A stretch of DNA of 64,000 nucleotides. Origin: Daphnia carinata. Lineage: Eukaryota. Made by a program: the position numbers and the translations under genes. The notes under the pieces are model-generated. The model was not told the origin of the DNA. It searched no databases and saw only the letters and a list, made by a program, of their open reading frames with translations. The stretch covers positions 10,168,001 through 10,232,000 of the forward strand of contig NC_081333.1 in the NCBI RefSeq assembly GCF_022539665.2, given 5' to 3'. Of the stretch, positions 1-10,955 are shown piece by piece. Every line of letters begins with the position of its first letter. Positions within the stretch are counted from its first letter, which is position 1.

Positions 1-201
1 GCTTGTGCCAAATAACAGGATGTACTTGTTTTGAATCTAGTTTTATAAATTTTGCATTTTTTACTTCTGTTTTTCGTTTTCTGATAGAAAACTGATGAAC
101 AAGGTGTATCCACTACTTTTATCTGTCTTCTAAAGACATAGTTAGTTCTTTAAGGTAAATCAACAAAGATTATTCTTTAAGTTAACAATTTTCTGTCTTA
201 G

Positions 202-3200
202 CTTTAGGTCCCCCTTTGAACAGTTATCAAAGTGGTCAGTCCAACATTAATGGAAACTTGGGCCCTCCATTGGCGAATGGTGTGAGAACCCCAACAGCTT
301 ATTCCGATGTTAACTACTCTGCCCCTGCGTCCAGCAGCATGGGATACTGCTCACCTGTAGGACCTCAATATGCTTCACAAAATTTCATGCCGCCCCAGTT
401 ACACCCTGGAACAGGCCCTCCGATGGGGAGACCAGCTGGGCCCCGTACCTCAGCAACAGTATAATACTGGATATCCAAGTTACTCATCAGCATCTGGTCA
501 ATTACCACCAATTTCTGGTATTCACACTCAGCAGGTTGTTAAAAACAAAAGTAGTTTTTTTTTTCAAATTTCCTCTCCGACCAATTAAGTGACAGAGTAG
601 TAACTAACCATATTACTTCCGCAGCTAAGTTATCCTGCTGCACCTGTGTTACCTAATGCTCCAGTCAACCAATTTCAAAATTTTAACTCATCAATCGACA
701 AGATGGCATCCCAGATGAATACCATGTCTGTAACTCAAACAGGATTTGACAAAATTTGGGTATGTCTTCGGTTCTGCATTAATGCCACGTTAGCTTCCTG
801 TTGAATATTAACTTACCGACATTTATTTTTTGCTGAAGGGCCACGAAAACGTGGATTTACTCCAAGTGCGAAATATTTTGCCAGCTCAAGGTGTGGAAAC
901 TCCTCGTATCCGCCTTAGACAAGAACATTTAAATAATGTACATTGCAGCCACGACATCTTTCGCTGTACTTTGACGAAAATTCCTGAAACGAATTCCATT
1001 TTGCAAAAATCTCGTCTCCCACTGGGAGTGTTGATACATCCCTTCAAAGATTTGACGGTAAACAATTAAGAACCCTATGTCGAAATCTACGTTAAATACT
1101 AACAGGTTTCATTTTGCCCTCTTTCAGCAATTGCCTGTAATACAGTGTCAAACTATCGTTCGCTGCCGATCTTGTCGGACGTACATCAATCCTTTCGTTT
1201 ATTTTGTGGATCAGCGGCGATGGAAATGCAATTTGTGCTTCCGAGTGAACGACTGTAAGAATAATTCAACGTTATAATCCAAGTTAATAGGCATTTCGGC
1301 TAAGCATACCTAAATCATTATTTGTCTGGTGGCTAGTGCCTGATGAGTTCCAATACGATCCGATGAGCAACAGTTACGGCGATCCTACACGCCGCCCTGA
1401 AATAAAAAATGCTACTATTGAATTTATAGCTCCAGCTGAATACATGGTACGTGGCACAAAAATTCTGTTCTATTCTATGTTCCATGCATAAACGATCTTC
1501 TTGTGGTTTCTGTTTAACTTAGCTTCGACCTCCCCAGCCTCCTGTTTATCTTTATCTTTTGGATGTCAGTCACGTAGCAGTTGAAACGGGCTATTTGAAG
1601 CTTTTTTGTGATGTTCTTTTGGAAGAGCTGGAAAAAATTCCAGGGGATAGCAGAACGCAGATTGGTTTCATAACGTTTGCCAGCAGCGTTCAGTTCTATA
1701 ATCTCGCGGAGAACTTAAATCAACCACACCAATTGGTTGTGTCGGATATCGAGGATATCTTTCTACCATGTCCTAACGATTTGTTGGTAAATTTAAATGA
1801 AAGTAAGAGGCTGGTCATTGAACTCTTAGAACAACTCCCTGTTAAATTCAACAACACAGCGGAGTGCAGTAGTGCCTTGGGGGCTGCTTTACAGGTATTT
1901 TTGTTTGACAAAATTGTATTAAACGCTGTCTTATAATCGTTTAAAAAATAGGCTGCATATAAGATGGTAAGTCCCACTGGCGGTCGTATTACGGTATTCC
2001 AAGCATCGTTACCTAATATTGGTCCGGGAGCCCTAAAGCCGAGGGAAGACCCGAATCAGCGAGCAGCCAAAGATGTGCCTAACTTGAATGCGGCCACGGA
2101 TTTCTATAAAAAATTTGCTCTCGATTGTTCTGGTCAGCAAGTGGCAGTAGACCTGTTTTTGCTGGGTGGTCAATATATGGATATTGCTTCACTCTGTGAG
2201 TATTACCTAACTGGTGTTTTTATTTGCATCAATCTAATGTTTTTTCTTCTTGGCCTTCACAGCGTGTGCGTCAAAGTTCTCTGGTGGATGTATGTATCAT
2301 TTCCCGAGCTTCCACTACGTCCACAACTTGCCACAGGTTGAACGGTTGGAACATTCTTTGCGTCGGTATCTAACGCGCAAGATTGGCTTTGAATCCGTGA
2401 TGCGTATTCGCTGTACTCATGGCCTATCAATCCATACTTTCCACGGAAATTTTTTTGTGCGTTCGACTGATTTATTATCTCTGCCAAATATTAACCCGGA
2501 CGCAGGATTTGGTCTACAAGTTTCAATTGACGAAAATTTAAGCGAAGTCCAAAACATATGCTTTCAGGCAGCACTTCTTTACACTTCAAGCAAAGGTAAC
2601 GTTTCATTACTTCAAATTTTATTCACTCTAATGAACCCTACCATGTTCGGAATAGGTGAGAGACGTATACGACACACGATGTGTTTGCCGATCGCCAGCA
2701 CGGTTGCAGACGTCATTCAGTCGGCAGATCAGCAGTGCATTGTCGGGTTATTAGCTAAAATGGGTAAACTGCCCTTCATATATTTTTAAATGATTTCGTT
2801 ATCGTAATTCAATGGAAATTTTCACTTTTCTAGCCGTCGACCGTTCGCTGCATTCGAGTATCAGTGACGCGCGAGATGCCATTGTCAATGTTTGTGTAGA
2901 CGTTTTATCAGCCTATAAAGCAACCATGAGCTCTGCAACATCAGGACTGTACGCACCTTCCAACCTAAGGTTGTTGCCTCTATATTTGGCGGCTCTATTG
3001 AAATCGGTTTGTTTTGTTTGAAACTACGTTTGCAGAAAGCTTTACGTCCATTTTTTTAACACGTAGGTTGCCTTTAGAACAGGACAAAGTACTCGACTGG
3101 ATGACCGAGTCTTTGCCATGAACCAGCTGAAAGTATTGCCTTTATCTCAACTAATTCTGTCCGTTTACCCGGATCTGTATGCAATTCACAATTTGCACGA

Positions 3201-3810
3201 TCAGGTAAACCAGGAATTCCGCATGTCAGTCTAAATTTGAAATAAAATAAAAAAATTTCGGACAGGGAGCCATAAGTCAAGGAGAGATGGTGATACCTCA
3301 ACCTGGGCGTTTACATCTTTCTGCGGAAATGGTCGATTCGTCTGGGGCATATCTACTTGACACTGGGGATGTCATTTACCTATATGTCGGCCGCAATGTT
3401 CATCCAGCTTTCGTAGAAAATGTACTTGGTTCATCGAATTTCCAATCTTTGCCAGAGCAAATGGTGAGATTACTGTATGTGGAATAGTAGGCTAGATATT
3501 TTTTTTCTTAACTTGCATTTTTCGCAGTTCGAGTTGCCTGAACTAGAAACGGCTGAATCAGAAAGGCTAAGGAACTTTTTGATTCATTTGCAAAATCAGA
3601 GACCGTATCCAGCTGTGCTACAGCTCATCAGGTACAATTCTTTTGATGAGTCAACTTTTAGTGGAACTCCGCACAATGTGGTTTATCTTTTCTTTCAGGG
3701 AAGACAGTCAAATTCGTCACCTCTTCTCGAGTCATCTTGTCGACGGTCGGACGGAGTCCTCGCTTTCGTACTACGAATTCTTGCAGCATCTAAAGAATCA
3801 GATAAAATAA
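202..3810 (+). CDS. Sec24AB: Protein transport protein Sec24A/B-like (COPII cargo adaptor), multi-exon, 5' end outside or not resolved in the window
   Basis: Exon translations give the Pro/Gln-rich N-terminus, SRLPLGVLIHPFKDL, the zinc finger RCRSCRTYINPF...WKCNLC, the trunk domain (LFLLDVS, RTQIGFITF, GGRITVFQ), RKIGFESVMRIRC, FQAALLYTSSKGERRIR, a gelsolin-like segment and C-terminal SYYEFLQHLKNQIK* (stop 3808-3810). About 14 GT-AG introns of ~55-90 bp. One apparent frameshift near 440. Confidence 0.96.
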
Positions 3811-3816
3811 CCTCAC

Positions 3817-3822
3817 AATAAA
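3817..3822 (+). promoter_or_regulatory. Candidate polyadenylation signal AATAAA of Sec24
   Basis: AATAAA begins 7 nt after the stop codon; T/GT-rich sequence follows. Confidence 0.4.
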
Positions 3823-4430
3823 ATAATTCTTCAATATCGCACTTTTCTAATTTCGGTTTTAGCCAACGAGGTATGTGATTGGTGTTTGTTAATTTGGCAT
3901 TTCCGAACCAATCCATACATGGGGACAAGTAATAACTGTGTTTGCATACCTTGGGCCGTCTTTTTGTACAACTGTAGCATTAGATCAAGCCAATTGTAAG
4001 AGGGAATTTTGCGCCACGCAAAAGTGCTGCTGATTGTTTGCGTTTGTTTTGGAATAAGTTTCGTTGGGATTCTTTCCAAAATATTTTATAATACCAAAAC
4101 TGGATTGTTGACTCTTTTGAGCAAAATTCACTCTTCATTCCCATTTCCCTGTTGCATCCAAAACCTGTATGAGTGGTTTGTCTATCTTTGGGTGTCATCT
4201 TATAGCAAAAATAATCGAATTCTATACACAATTGTAAAGAAAACCCTACCAATTTGCTCTGTCAAATAAACATTGTATTATCAGTTATCACAGTATTTTG
4301 TCTACTGTTTTATCTGTGCCATTTAGACCAATTTACAAGGAGATGGCATCAGCTCATCTATAAGGTGTGCAATTACGCATCACCCAGTGCTTTTGTCGTT
4401 GGTGAACTGCCGAAAATTGATCTATCGGCA

Positions 4431-5693
4431 TCATCTCCTCCTTGTAGATTCGGCATATCTTTCTAGCCAAGTAGCGAATTCGCCCAAGTCTGGCAAAGGT
4501 ACCACAGATGATTTTTCTTTGATGTGGAGAGCCCATTTTCCCCGCAAATCTTCAGATATCTTGTTCACTAAACCAGAGAGTTCCAGAGCAGCGAAACTAT
4601 GAATCTCGTTTGCACAACCCACCGCCTTCAAAATTGCTAAAATGTGTTGTACTTTTTCGGATAAGTCGCCAAGCGAAGACTGTAGATTGTTCGAGTCGAT
4701 TGGAACCAATTTCCTAAGCCCTTCAAAGCACGAGCGAACCACTAGTAAAGGGTGTCCATAGTGGTTACTGAGATGAGTGAGCAGCTTGCGATAGCGGCCA
4801 GGGTGGCTAAAATGCGACACAAATTTTTGGCGGAGTTCAGGTGAAAGAAGTTCTTCCAAGTAGATCATCCGCAGTGTATCGTTGGGCATTGCATCGTGGA
4901 TCCATGTCTTGAAGCGTTGTATGAAAAAAGGCCAGTCCATGGGGTTGCCGGTAAACGGCTCCAAGCCAACGTGAGGCGGCCAGGAAGATTGATCGCCAAC
5001 GCACCAGTCCCAACAACAGAATGAATTACTGGAAGTCGGGGACGGTGGCAACACTCGTTCATCCAGTGAAAATTCAGCTGAAGAAGGCAGCTGAGCGATC
5101 CAGGAATCTGGAAGCGAACACGGTTGACAGTGGGGAATGGAAGGAATGGACGCTGAGGAAGACAGTGTGGAATTCGTTTTGCTAAGACAATATCGTTCTT
5201 CTCGATTTTGCTGCTCTAGCTGTTGGAAGTGATCCATCCGCTGAATTTCTCGACGAGTTTTCTCTAGTTCTTGGTGTCTTTTTTCGGATTCCGGACTGCG
5301 TCTATTACCTAAAGTTCCTCTTTCGCCCTATGTTTGAGTATGTTAATTTCCATATTTGAAGTTATGGATGCCGTTTTTGGTTATATGGACTAATTGATTA
5401 AATTTTACCTTGACAGCATGACTGCTTTCTAAGTACTGTGACATTTGACTGGTGCTGCTCGATCGCCGGAGACAGCCAAACAACTCTTGCTTTCCCTCAT
5501 CAGAAGCTGCCTTCGTTTGCATGTGATGTTGAACCTTAGAAGTTGTTCGAGTGAACCGTACTTTGGCTGTTTGCCGGTAAAAATGGGAGCAACCAGAATC
5601 GTTTTCAGATTCACTGCCAGTCGAATCGTACGATTCTTCACATGCAGAATAACGATAGCCGGTACCTTTACCATTAGAGTGTACTGACGACAT
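4431..5693 (-). CDS. Spliced ~393-aa protein with a Bel/Pao retrotransposon Gag-like (DUF1759-type) domain
   Basis: Coding exon 1 is 5693-5409 (MSSVHSNG...HAVK), then a phase-0 GT-AG intron at 5408-5328, then exon 2 at 5327-4431 in frame. It contains LEPFTGNPMDWPFFIQRFKTWIH...RMIYLEELL...YRKLLTHLSNHYGHP...LVNKISEDLRGKW, typical of Pao-type Gag. A further 5'-UTR intron lies at about 5782-5727. Confidence 0.8.
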
Positions 5694-6451
5694 GGCAACT
5701 GAAACCACGTGGTGGCCTTGGGCGACTGTGAAAATTGACAAATTGTTCTGGATGTTACATTTAAGCCACAAAAATTCTTACCTGAAACGTGATGAAATTT
5801 ATAGAACAAGATAGTGGATAACTAAACTGTGGCACAATCGAGAAAAATTATTGGCGTCGCTTTAAAGTTCAACGACGTCTCGTGTTTCACTGTGACTCGT
5901 GACTGCCGTGCGAGTTGTGAACTGTGAAGCACAGGGCCGAGTAGTACTAATAGCAATGTGGTGGACCCTAAATCAACCCATTTTTAAAATCGAGGGTGTG
6001 GTAGTGAATCAAATGAGGTACAATATCGTGCAACAAACGAAATCGCGCGCTCAGCCTTGTTCACTTTTGATATACGTTTCGTGTGACTGCAAAGATCATG
6101 TGAGCTATCTATAAAACCCTTACTGCCAACAAAACCTTACTCTCTCAGTAAAGGCACACTATAAGTACCTTGACAAAAATAAAAGTATGCCATTAACCGA
6201 ACATACATTGAAATTTCTTTATATTGCTATGGCAATCCGTTTTATATGGCAATCCGTTTTACATTTAAAAAAAAAAAAATGTCGAGAAAAAAAAAAAAAA
6301 TCGCACTTTTTTCTTTTTTTCCGACACGTAGCCATCTACCGCTCAGACTCATTATTACTGGCGTAGGCAATTTCAGTCCATTGGATGCCATTCGCAGTTA
6401 GTTCAGTAGCGTGGCTGGAGAACAAAGCGTGGCTGGAGGAACAATTGAAAA

Positions 6452-7184
6452 ATGGATAAGATAATACAACAAAAGGATGGTAAGTATAAACATTATTATA
6501 TTGGTTTTCAATTATTAATTATTGTTTATTAGATCAAATTATGAAGCTGCAGGCCCAATTATTGGAACAACACAAAATATTAGATAACAGCAAAGCTAAG
6601 GATGGTAAGGCCTAATACGTAATGATTCTATTTATTTGCTTTTATTCATTTGTGTTTTGTAGCTCAAATTTTGAGTCTACAAGCTCAGCTATGGGAAAAG
6701 AACAAATTGGAACGGAACAGTTTCCAAACAGTGAAGGAGGTTTTTCCAAACTCATCCCTAACTGAACGTGAGGATGAATTGGCATTAGGCGAACACAGTC
6801 AGGTACCTAAACTTTTCAAATAAGAATTCAAAATAAGTATAGAATTTTAACAAGCAATGATTTATTGTTTAGTTATTCAGTCCACCATCAGACAGTGCGT
6901 TAAATTTAAATTCTGTTAGTGCTGCACTAAAAGAATTGTTCGTAATCAGTCCATGCAGCGATGGAACTGAACAATTGTGGGACCGTATTTGGGCTGAAAA
7001 TGGGTGTGGTACGGAAACCCAGAAATGGCACGAGTTCAACCTAAAACATGGATTAGGTACTTCCCGGTTCTTTGTCTATCGAAAAAGTATTTTGAATGCT
7101 ATTATTTTGCATTCACAGAATTTTAGCGGGGGATCAAGTCAAATATGGAAGTGTTACAGGATGGAAGAGTCAGCCTGTAGTTGA
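6452..7184 (+). CDS. Arm-encoded spliced gene of unknown function (coiled-coil-like N-terminus), best-preserved copy
   Basis: Exons 6452-6479, 6533-6604, 6663-6802 and 6873 onward join in frame through GT-AG introns: MDKIIQQKD-DQIMKLQAQLLEQHKILDNSKAKD-AQILSLQAQL...ELALGEHSQ-LFSPPSDS...LWDRIWAENGCGTETQKWHEFNLKHGL. The 3' exon structure is uncertain. Confidence 0.6.
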
Positions 7185-7825
7185 AAAAACACAGAGTGCA
7201 TTACCGTTAAGGTGTGAGGTAAAGTAATAGAGTGATGCAAGTTGTCTAATGAGAAGTACCATATTGTGTTAATGAATCTGGTACAACAGCAATCCTTTAT
7301 AGTTCTGTCACAGCTAGAAGCCTCAAATAATTCTGCTTCTCTTGCTAAAGAACAACTTGTCCTTTACGTTCACAGTGTTGGTGAAACTGGGTACTTAAAT
7401 GGCCCTAAGATTTTGCTGCCGTTGCAGAGATGAACATCATACATGGACTCTTTAGGTATGAAAGGAATTTTCTTCAAATAATTTTGAATTTATGGCAAAG
7501 CATTTCTCCTGCTTTTTGCCAACCATGTCTAATCTAAAAAAAAAATTATCCAATAGGAAAGGATTTTCAGCATACTGGGAACACAACTATCAACAATGCA
7601 ACATTCTACGCGTGCTATTTTATCATTCAAGAGCCTTATACAATGATTTTCATCTGCAATTTGTATGGCCTTTCCCAAGCTTCTGCCAGAAGTTGAATCT
7701 ATAAGTCATGTAAGTCACATGAGCAACAATTGAGATGCTTAATGGTGTTGTTTTTCTTTTCTCAGCATAGGTTAATAGTAACGTGGATGGAGAGAATAAC
7801 GCGTGGCTGGAGGAACAATTGAAAA

Positions 7826-8402
7826 ATGGATAAGATAATACAACAAAAGGATGGTAAGTATAAACATTATTATATTGGTTTTCAATTATTAATTATTGTT
7901 TATTAGATCAAATTATGAAGCTGCAGGCCCAATTATTGGAACAACACAAAATATTAGATAACAGCAAAGCTAAGGATGGTAAGGGCTTATACGTAATGAT
8001 TCTATTTATTTGCTTTTATTCATTTGTGTTTTGTAGCTCAAATTTTGAGTCTACAAGCTCAGCTAGGAGAAAAGAACAAATTGGAATGGAACAGTTTCCA
8101 AACAGTGAAGGAGGTTTTTCCAAACTCATCCCTAACTGAACATGAGGATGAATTGGCATTAGGCGAACACAGTCAGGTACCTAAACTTTTCAAATAAGAA
8201 TTCAAAATAAGTATAGAATTTTAACAAACAATTATTTATTGCTTAGTTATTCAGTCTACCACCTGACAGTGTGTTAAAGTTAAATTCTGTTAGTGCTGCA
8301 CTAAAAGAATTGTTAGTAATAAGTCAATGCAGCGAAGGAATTGAACAATTGTGGGATCGTATTTGGGCTGAAAATAGGTGTGGTACGGAAACCCAGAAAT
8401 AG
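7826..8402 (+). pseudogene. Arm gene copy with TGG>TAG stop in exon 4
   Basis: Same exon/intron layout as 6452; CAGAAATAG in place of CAGAAATGG. Confidence 0.55.
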
Positions 8403-9299
8403 CATGAGTTCAACATAAAACATGAATTAGGTACTTTTCGGTTTTTTGTCTATCGAAACAGTATTTTTAATGCTATTATTTTGCATTCACAGAATTCTAG
8501 TGGGGAATCAAGTCAAGTCTAGAAGTGTTACAGGATGGAAGAGTGAGCCTACAGTTGAAAAACACTGAAAGTGCATTACCATTAAGGTATGAGGTAAAGT
8601 AATAGAGTATGCAAATTGTCTAATGAGAAGTACCATCTTGTGTGAATGAATCCTGTGTAACAGCAATCCTTTATAGTTCTGTTATAGCTAGAAGCCTCAA
8701 ATAATTCTGCTTCTCTTGCTAAAGAACAACTTGTCCTTTACACTCAGAGTGTTGGTGAAGCTGGGTACTTAAATGGCCCTAAAGATGTTTCACTTCACTG
8801 GCATTGCAGCGATGAACATCATACATGGACTCTTTAGGTATGAAAGGATTTTTCTTGAAAAATTTTTGAATTTATGATGAAGCTTTTCTCCTCCTTTTTG
8901 CCAACCATGTCTTATCTACAAAAAAAAATTTATCCAATAGGAAAGGATTTTCAGCATACTGGGAACACAACTATCAACAATGCAACATTCTAGGGGTGTT
9001 ATTTTATCCTTCAAGAGCCTTATACAATGATTTTTATCTACAATTTGTATGGCCTTTCCCGAGCTTCTGCCAGAAGTTGAATCTATGAGTCATGTAAGTC
9101 ACATGAGCAACAATTGAGATGCTTAATGGTGTTGTTTTTCTTTTCTCAGTGTAGGTTAATAGTAACATTGGATCTGAAAAAATTCTTGGTTGGGGCATGA
9201 CACTGAATAAATTGTAATGATTGGATGGATGACATGATATTTCTATACTTCATTCGGATTCCCGAGACGGTATTTGATATTTAAAAAATTGAAGTGCAT

Positions 9300-9667
9300 A
9301 TCTGGGCTCCCTTCCTTTCCGTAGCCCCGTTTCCCCTTGACTCGTAATAAGCCCGTAGGGGGTCATGCCCCTACTGTACGGTATATATAAAAATAACATA
9401 TACCGAGGTTTGGAGGGCTCTGGCCGGAAAGGGGACGTGGGGGTCCGCTTAGTCCGATGATGTGTTCACGGAGGGCGACGTGGCTATCCACAAATCCGAA
9501 CTAAAGGTTAATCGCTCCAGTAAAAATGTTCCATATCTTCGGCTCTTCTTCCGGCTTCTCTTAGCCAATCACCGGGTAATCTCCCCGGTGGGTCAACAAG
9601 GCAGTGTCTCCCCCTGTCTGGGTTGACGGCAACTTTTGAAAGGGCTATTGTGCCTTTTTAAAGTTGC
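9300..9667 (+). ncRNA. Putative structured RNA or cis-element at the inner end of the arm (A left)
   Basis: Series of stems: 9355-9374, 9379-9405, GCCGGAA 9423-9429 with TTCCGGC 9549-9555, 9570-9590, 9592-9627 and 9629-9667. GC-rich island in AT-rich DNA. Confidence 0.4.
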
Positions 9668-9954
9668 AAAAATAATTGTAATGTGCAGAGAATTGTCAAT
9701 AAAATTTTTTTTATAAAATATTTTTTGCAAAATTCGTTTCTTTCATTGTCTGTATTCGCTGTGTTCACACGTTACACTTTTTATATTTAGGTTGCTTAAT
9801 TCACCTTTATTGTTTTTGTCACCTTTGATGGTAAGCATTGTTTCCATTGGTTTATCGTTTATCTGTAACTATTATTTATTACACTCTTTGAATTGTTCAA
9901 CTTAGATTCAAGGAACAATCTGGATATTTTATAAAGTAATTTTGTATTTTGTTT

Positions 9955-10025
9955 TACTCGTATGGGAACCGATCCCCAGACATTGAGCGTGCGACGCCGA
10001 TGCTCTAACATTGAGCCACGAGATA
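9955..10025 (-). pseudogene. tRNA-derived unit 1 (Ala-like; anticodon position CGC here, TGC in copies B and C)
   Basis: Minus strand reads TGGCTCAATGTTAGAGC (D arm/box A), TCGGC-loop-GCTCA, and TGGGGATCGGTTCCCA (degenerate T arm). Confidence 0.6.
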
Positions 10026-10121
10026 TATCTAAATTTTTTATTATCGCATATCATATGTTATCGTCTAGGATGTTTATGCAGTCTTTCACAACTATATGTT
10101 TATCTTTCTATTGCTTCCATA

Positions 10122-10192
10122 AGGTTCTTAGCTCTGTGGTAGAGCTTTTATCTGCGATACCTGTTACCCTGGGTTCAAACCTCAGTAGATGT
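10122..10192 (+). pseudogene. tRNA-derived unit 2 (degenerate)
   Basis: TAGCTCTGTGGTAGAGC D arm/box A and CTGGGTTCAAACCTCAG T arm/box B at tRNA spacing; anticodon and acceptor stems are decayed. Confidence 0.55.
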
Positions 10193-10309
10193 GTAAAAAT
10201 GAAGTAGAATATTGTACAAGAGTATGTTGCAGAATTGCATTTCAGTTTTATTCTAAGTGTAAATGCAAGTCCACAAGTGACTAGAAAAAAAAGCCAACTT
10301 AAAATCATA

Positions 10310-10380
10310 TGATTCGTGGCTCATTGGTAGAGCATCGGCGAGGTATGCCGAACATCCAGGGTTCGATCCCTGGATAATAA
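10310..10380 (+). pseudogene. tRNA-derived unit 3 (GGT at the anticodon position) with intact Pol III boxes
   Basis: GCTC-ATTGGTA-GAGC D arm, TCGGC-GAGGTAT-GCCGA anticodon arm and CAGGG-TTCGATC-CCTG T arm; the acceptor stem does not pair properly. Confidence 0.7.
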
Positions 10381-10588
10381 TAGAATGCTTACAGATAAAC
10401 GATAAACCAATACCCGTCACCTTACCATCAAATGTGACAAAAACAAATAAAGCAAAGCCAAAAAAAAAAAATTGATAAATGTAATGTGTGAACAAAGCTA
10501 ACACAGACAATGAAAGAAACGAATTTTGCAAAAAATATTTTATAAAAAAAATTTTATTGACAATTCTCTTCACATTACAATTATTTTT

Positions 10589-10955
10589 GCAACTTTAAAA
10601 AGGCACAATAGCCCTTTCAAAAGTTGCCGTCAACCCAGGCAGGGGGAGACACTGCCTTGTTGACCCACCGGGGAGATCACCCGGTGATTGGCTAAGAGAA
10701 GCCGGAAGAAGAGCTGAAGATTTGGAACATTTTTACAGGAGCGATTAACCTTTAGTTCGGATTTGTGGGCAGCCACATCACCCTCCGTGAACACATCATC
10801 GGACGAAGCGGCACCCCACGTCCCCTTTCCGGCCAGAGCCCTCCAAACCTCGGTATATGTTGTTTTTATATATACCGTACAGTAGGGGCATGACCCCCTA
10901 CGGGCTTATTATGAGTCAAGGGGAAACGGGGCTTCAGAAAAGAAGGGAGCCCAGA
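10589..10955 (-). ncRNA. Copy of the structured segment (A right)
   Basis: Reverse complement of 9300-9667 with few substitutions. Confidence 0.4.

Noticed and set aside
3831..4602. Short ORFs between Sec24 and the Gag-like gene
   Set aside because: They lie in AT-rich convergent 3' UTR space or antisense to the Gag-like CDS, with no protein-like features.
9440..9630. Hammerhead, HDV-like or twister ribozyme in the arms
   Set aside because: CCGATGA is not the CUGANGA core and has no matching GAAA stem. I could not build HDV P1/P1.1/P3 pairings or a twister core by eye.
9400..9640. Structured segment as telomerase RNA, RNase P/MRP, snRNA or 7SK
   Set aside because: No CCTAA-repeat template on either strand, no GAAAGUCCCC or GGAAGGUCUGAG cores, no Sm site and no paired GAUC motifs. 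The resemblances are short and could be chance.
9955..10380. Functional tRNA genes in the spacer
   Set aside because: Acceptor stems do not pair in register, anticodon loops are non-canonical in units 2 and 3, and the anticodon of unit 1 differs between copies.
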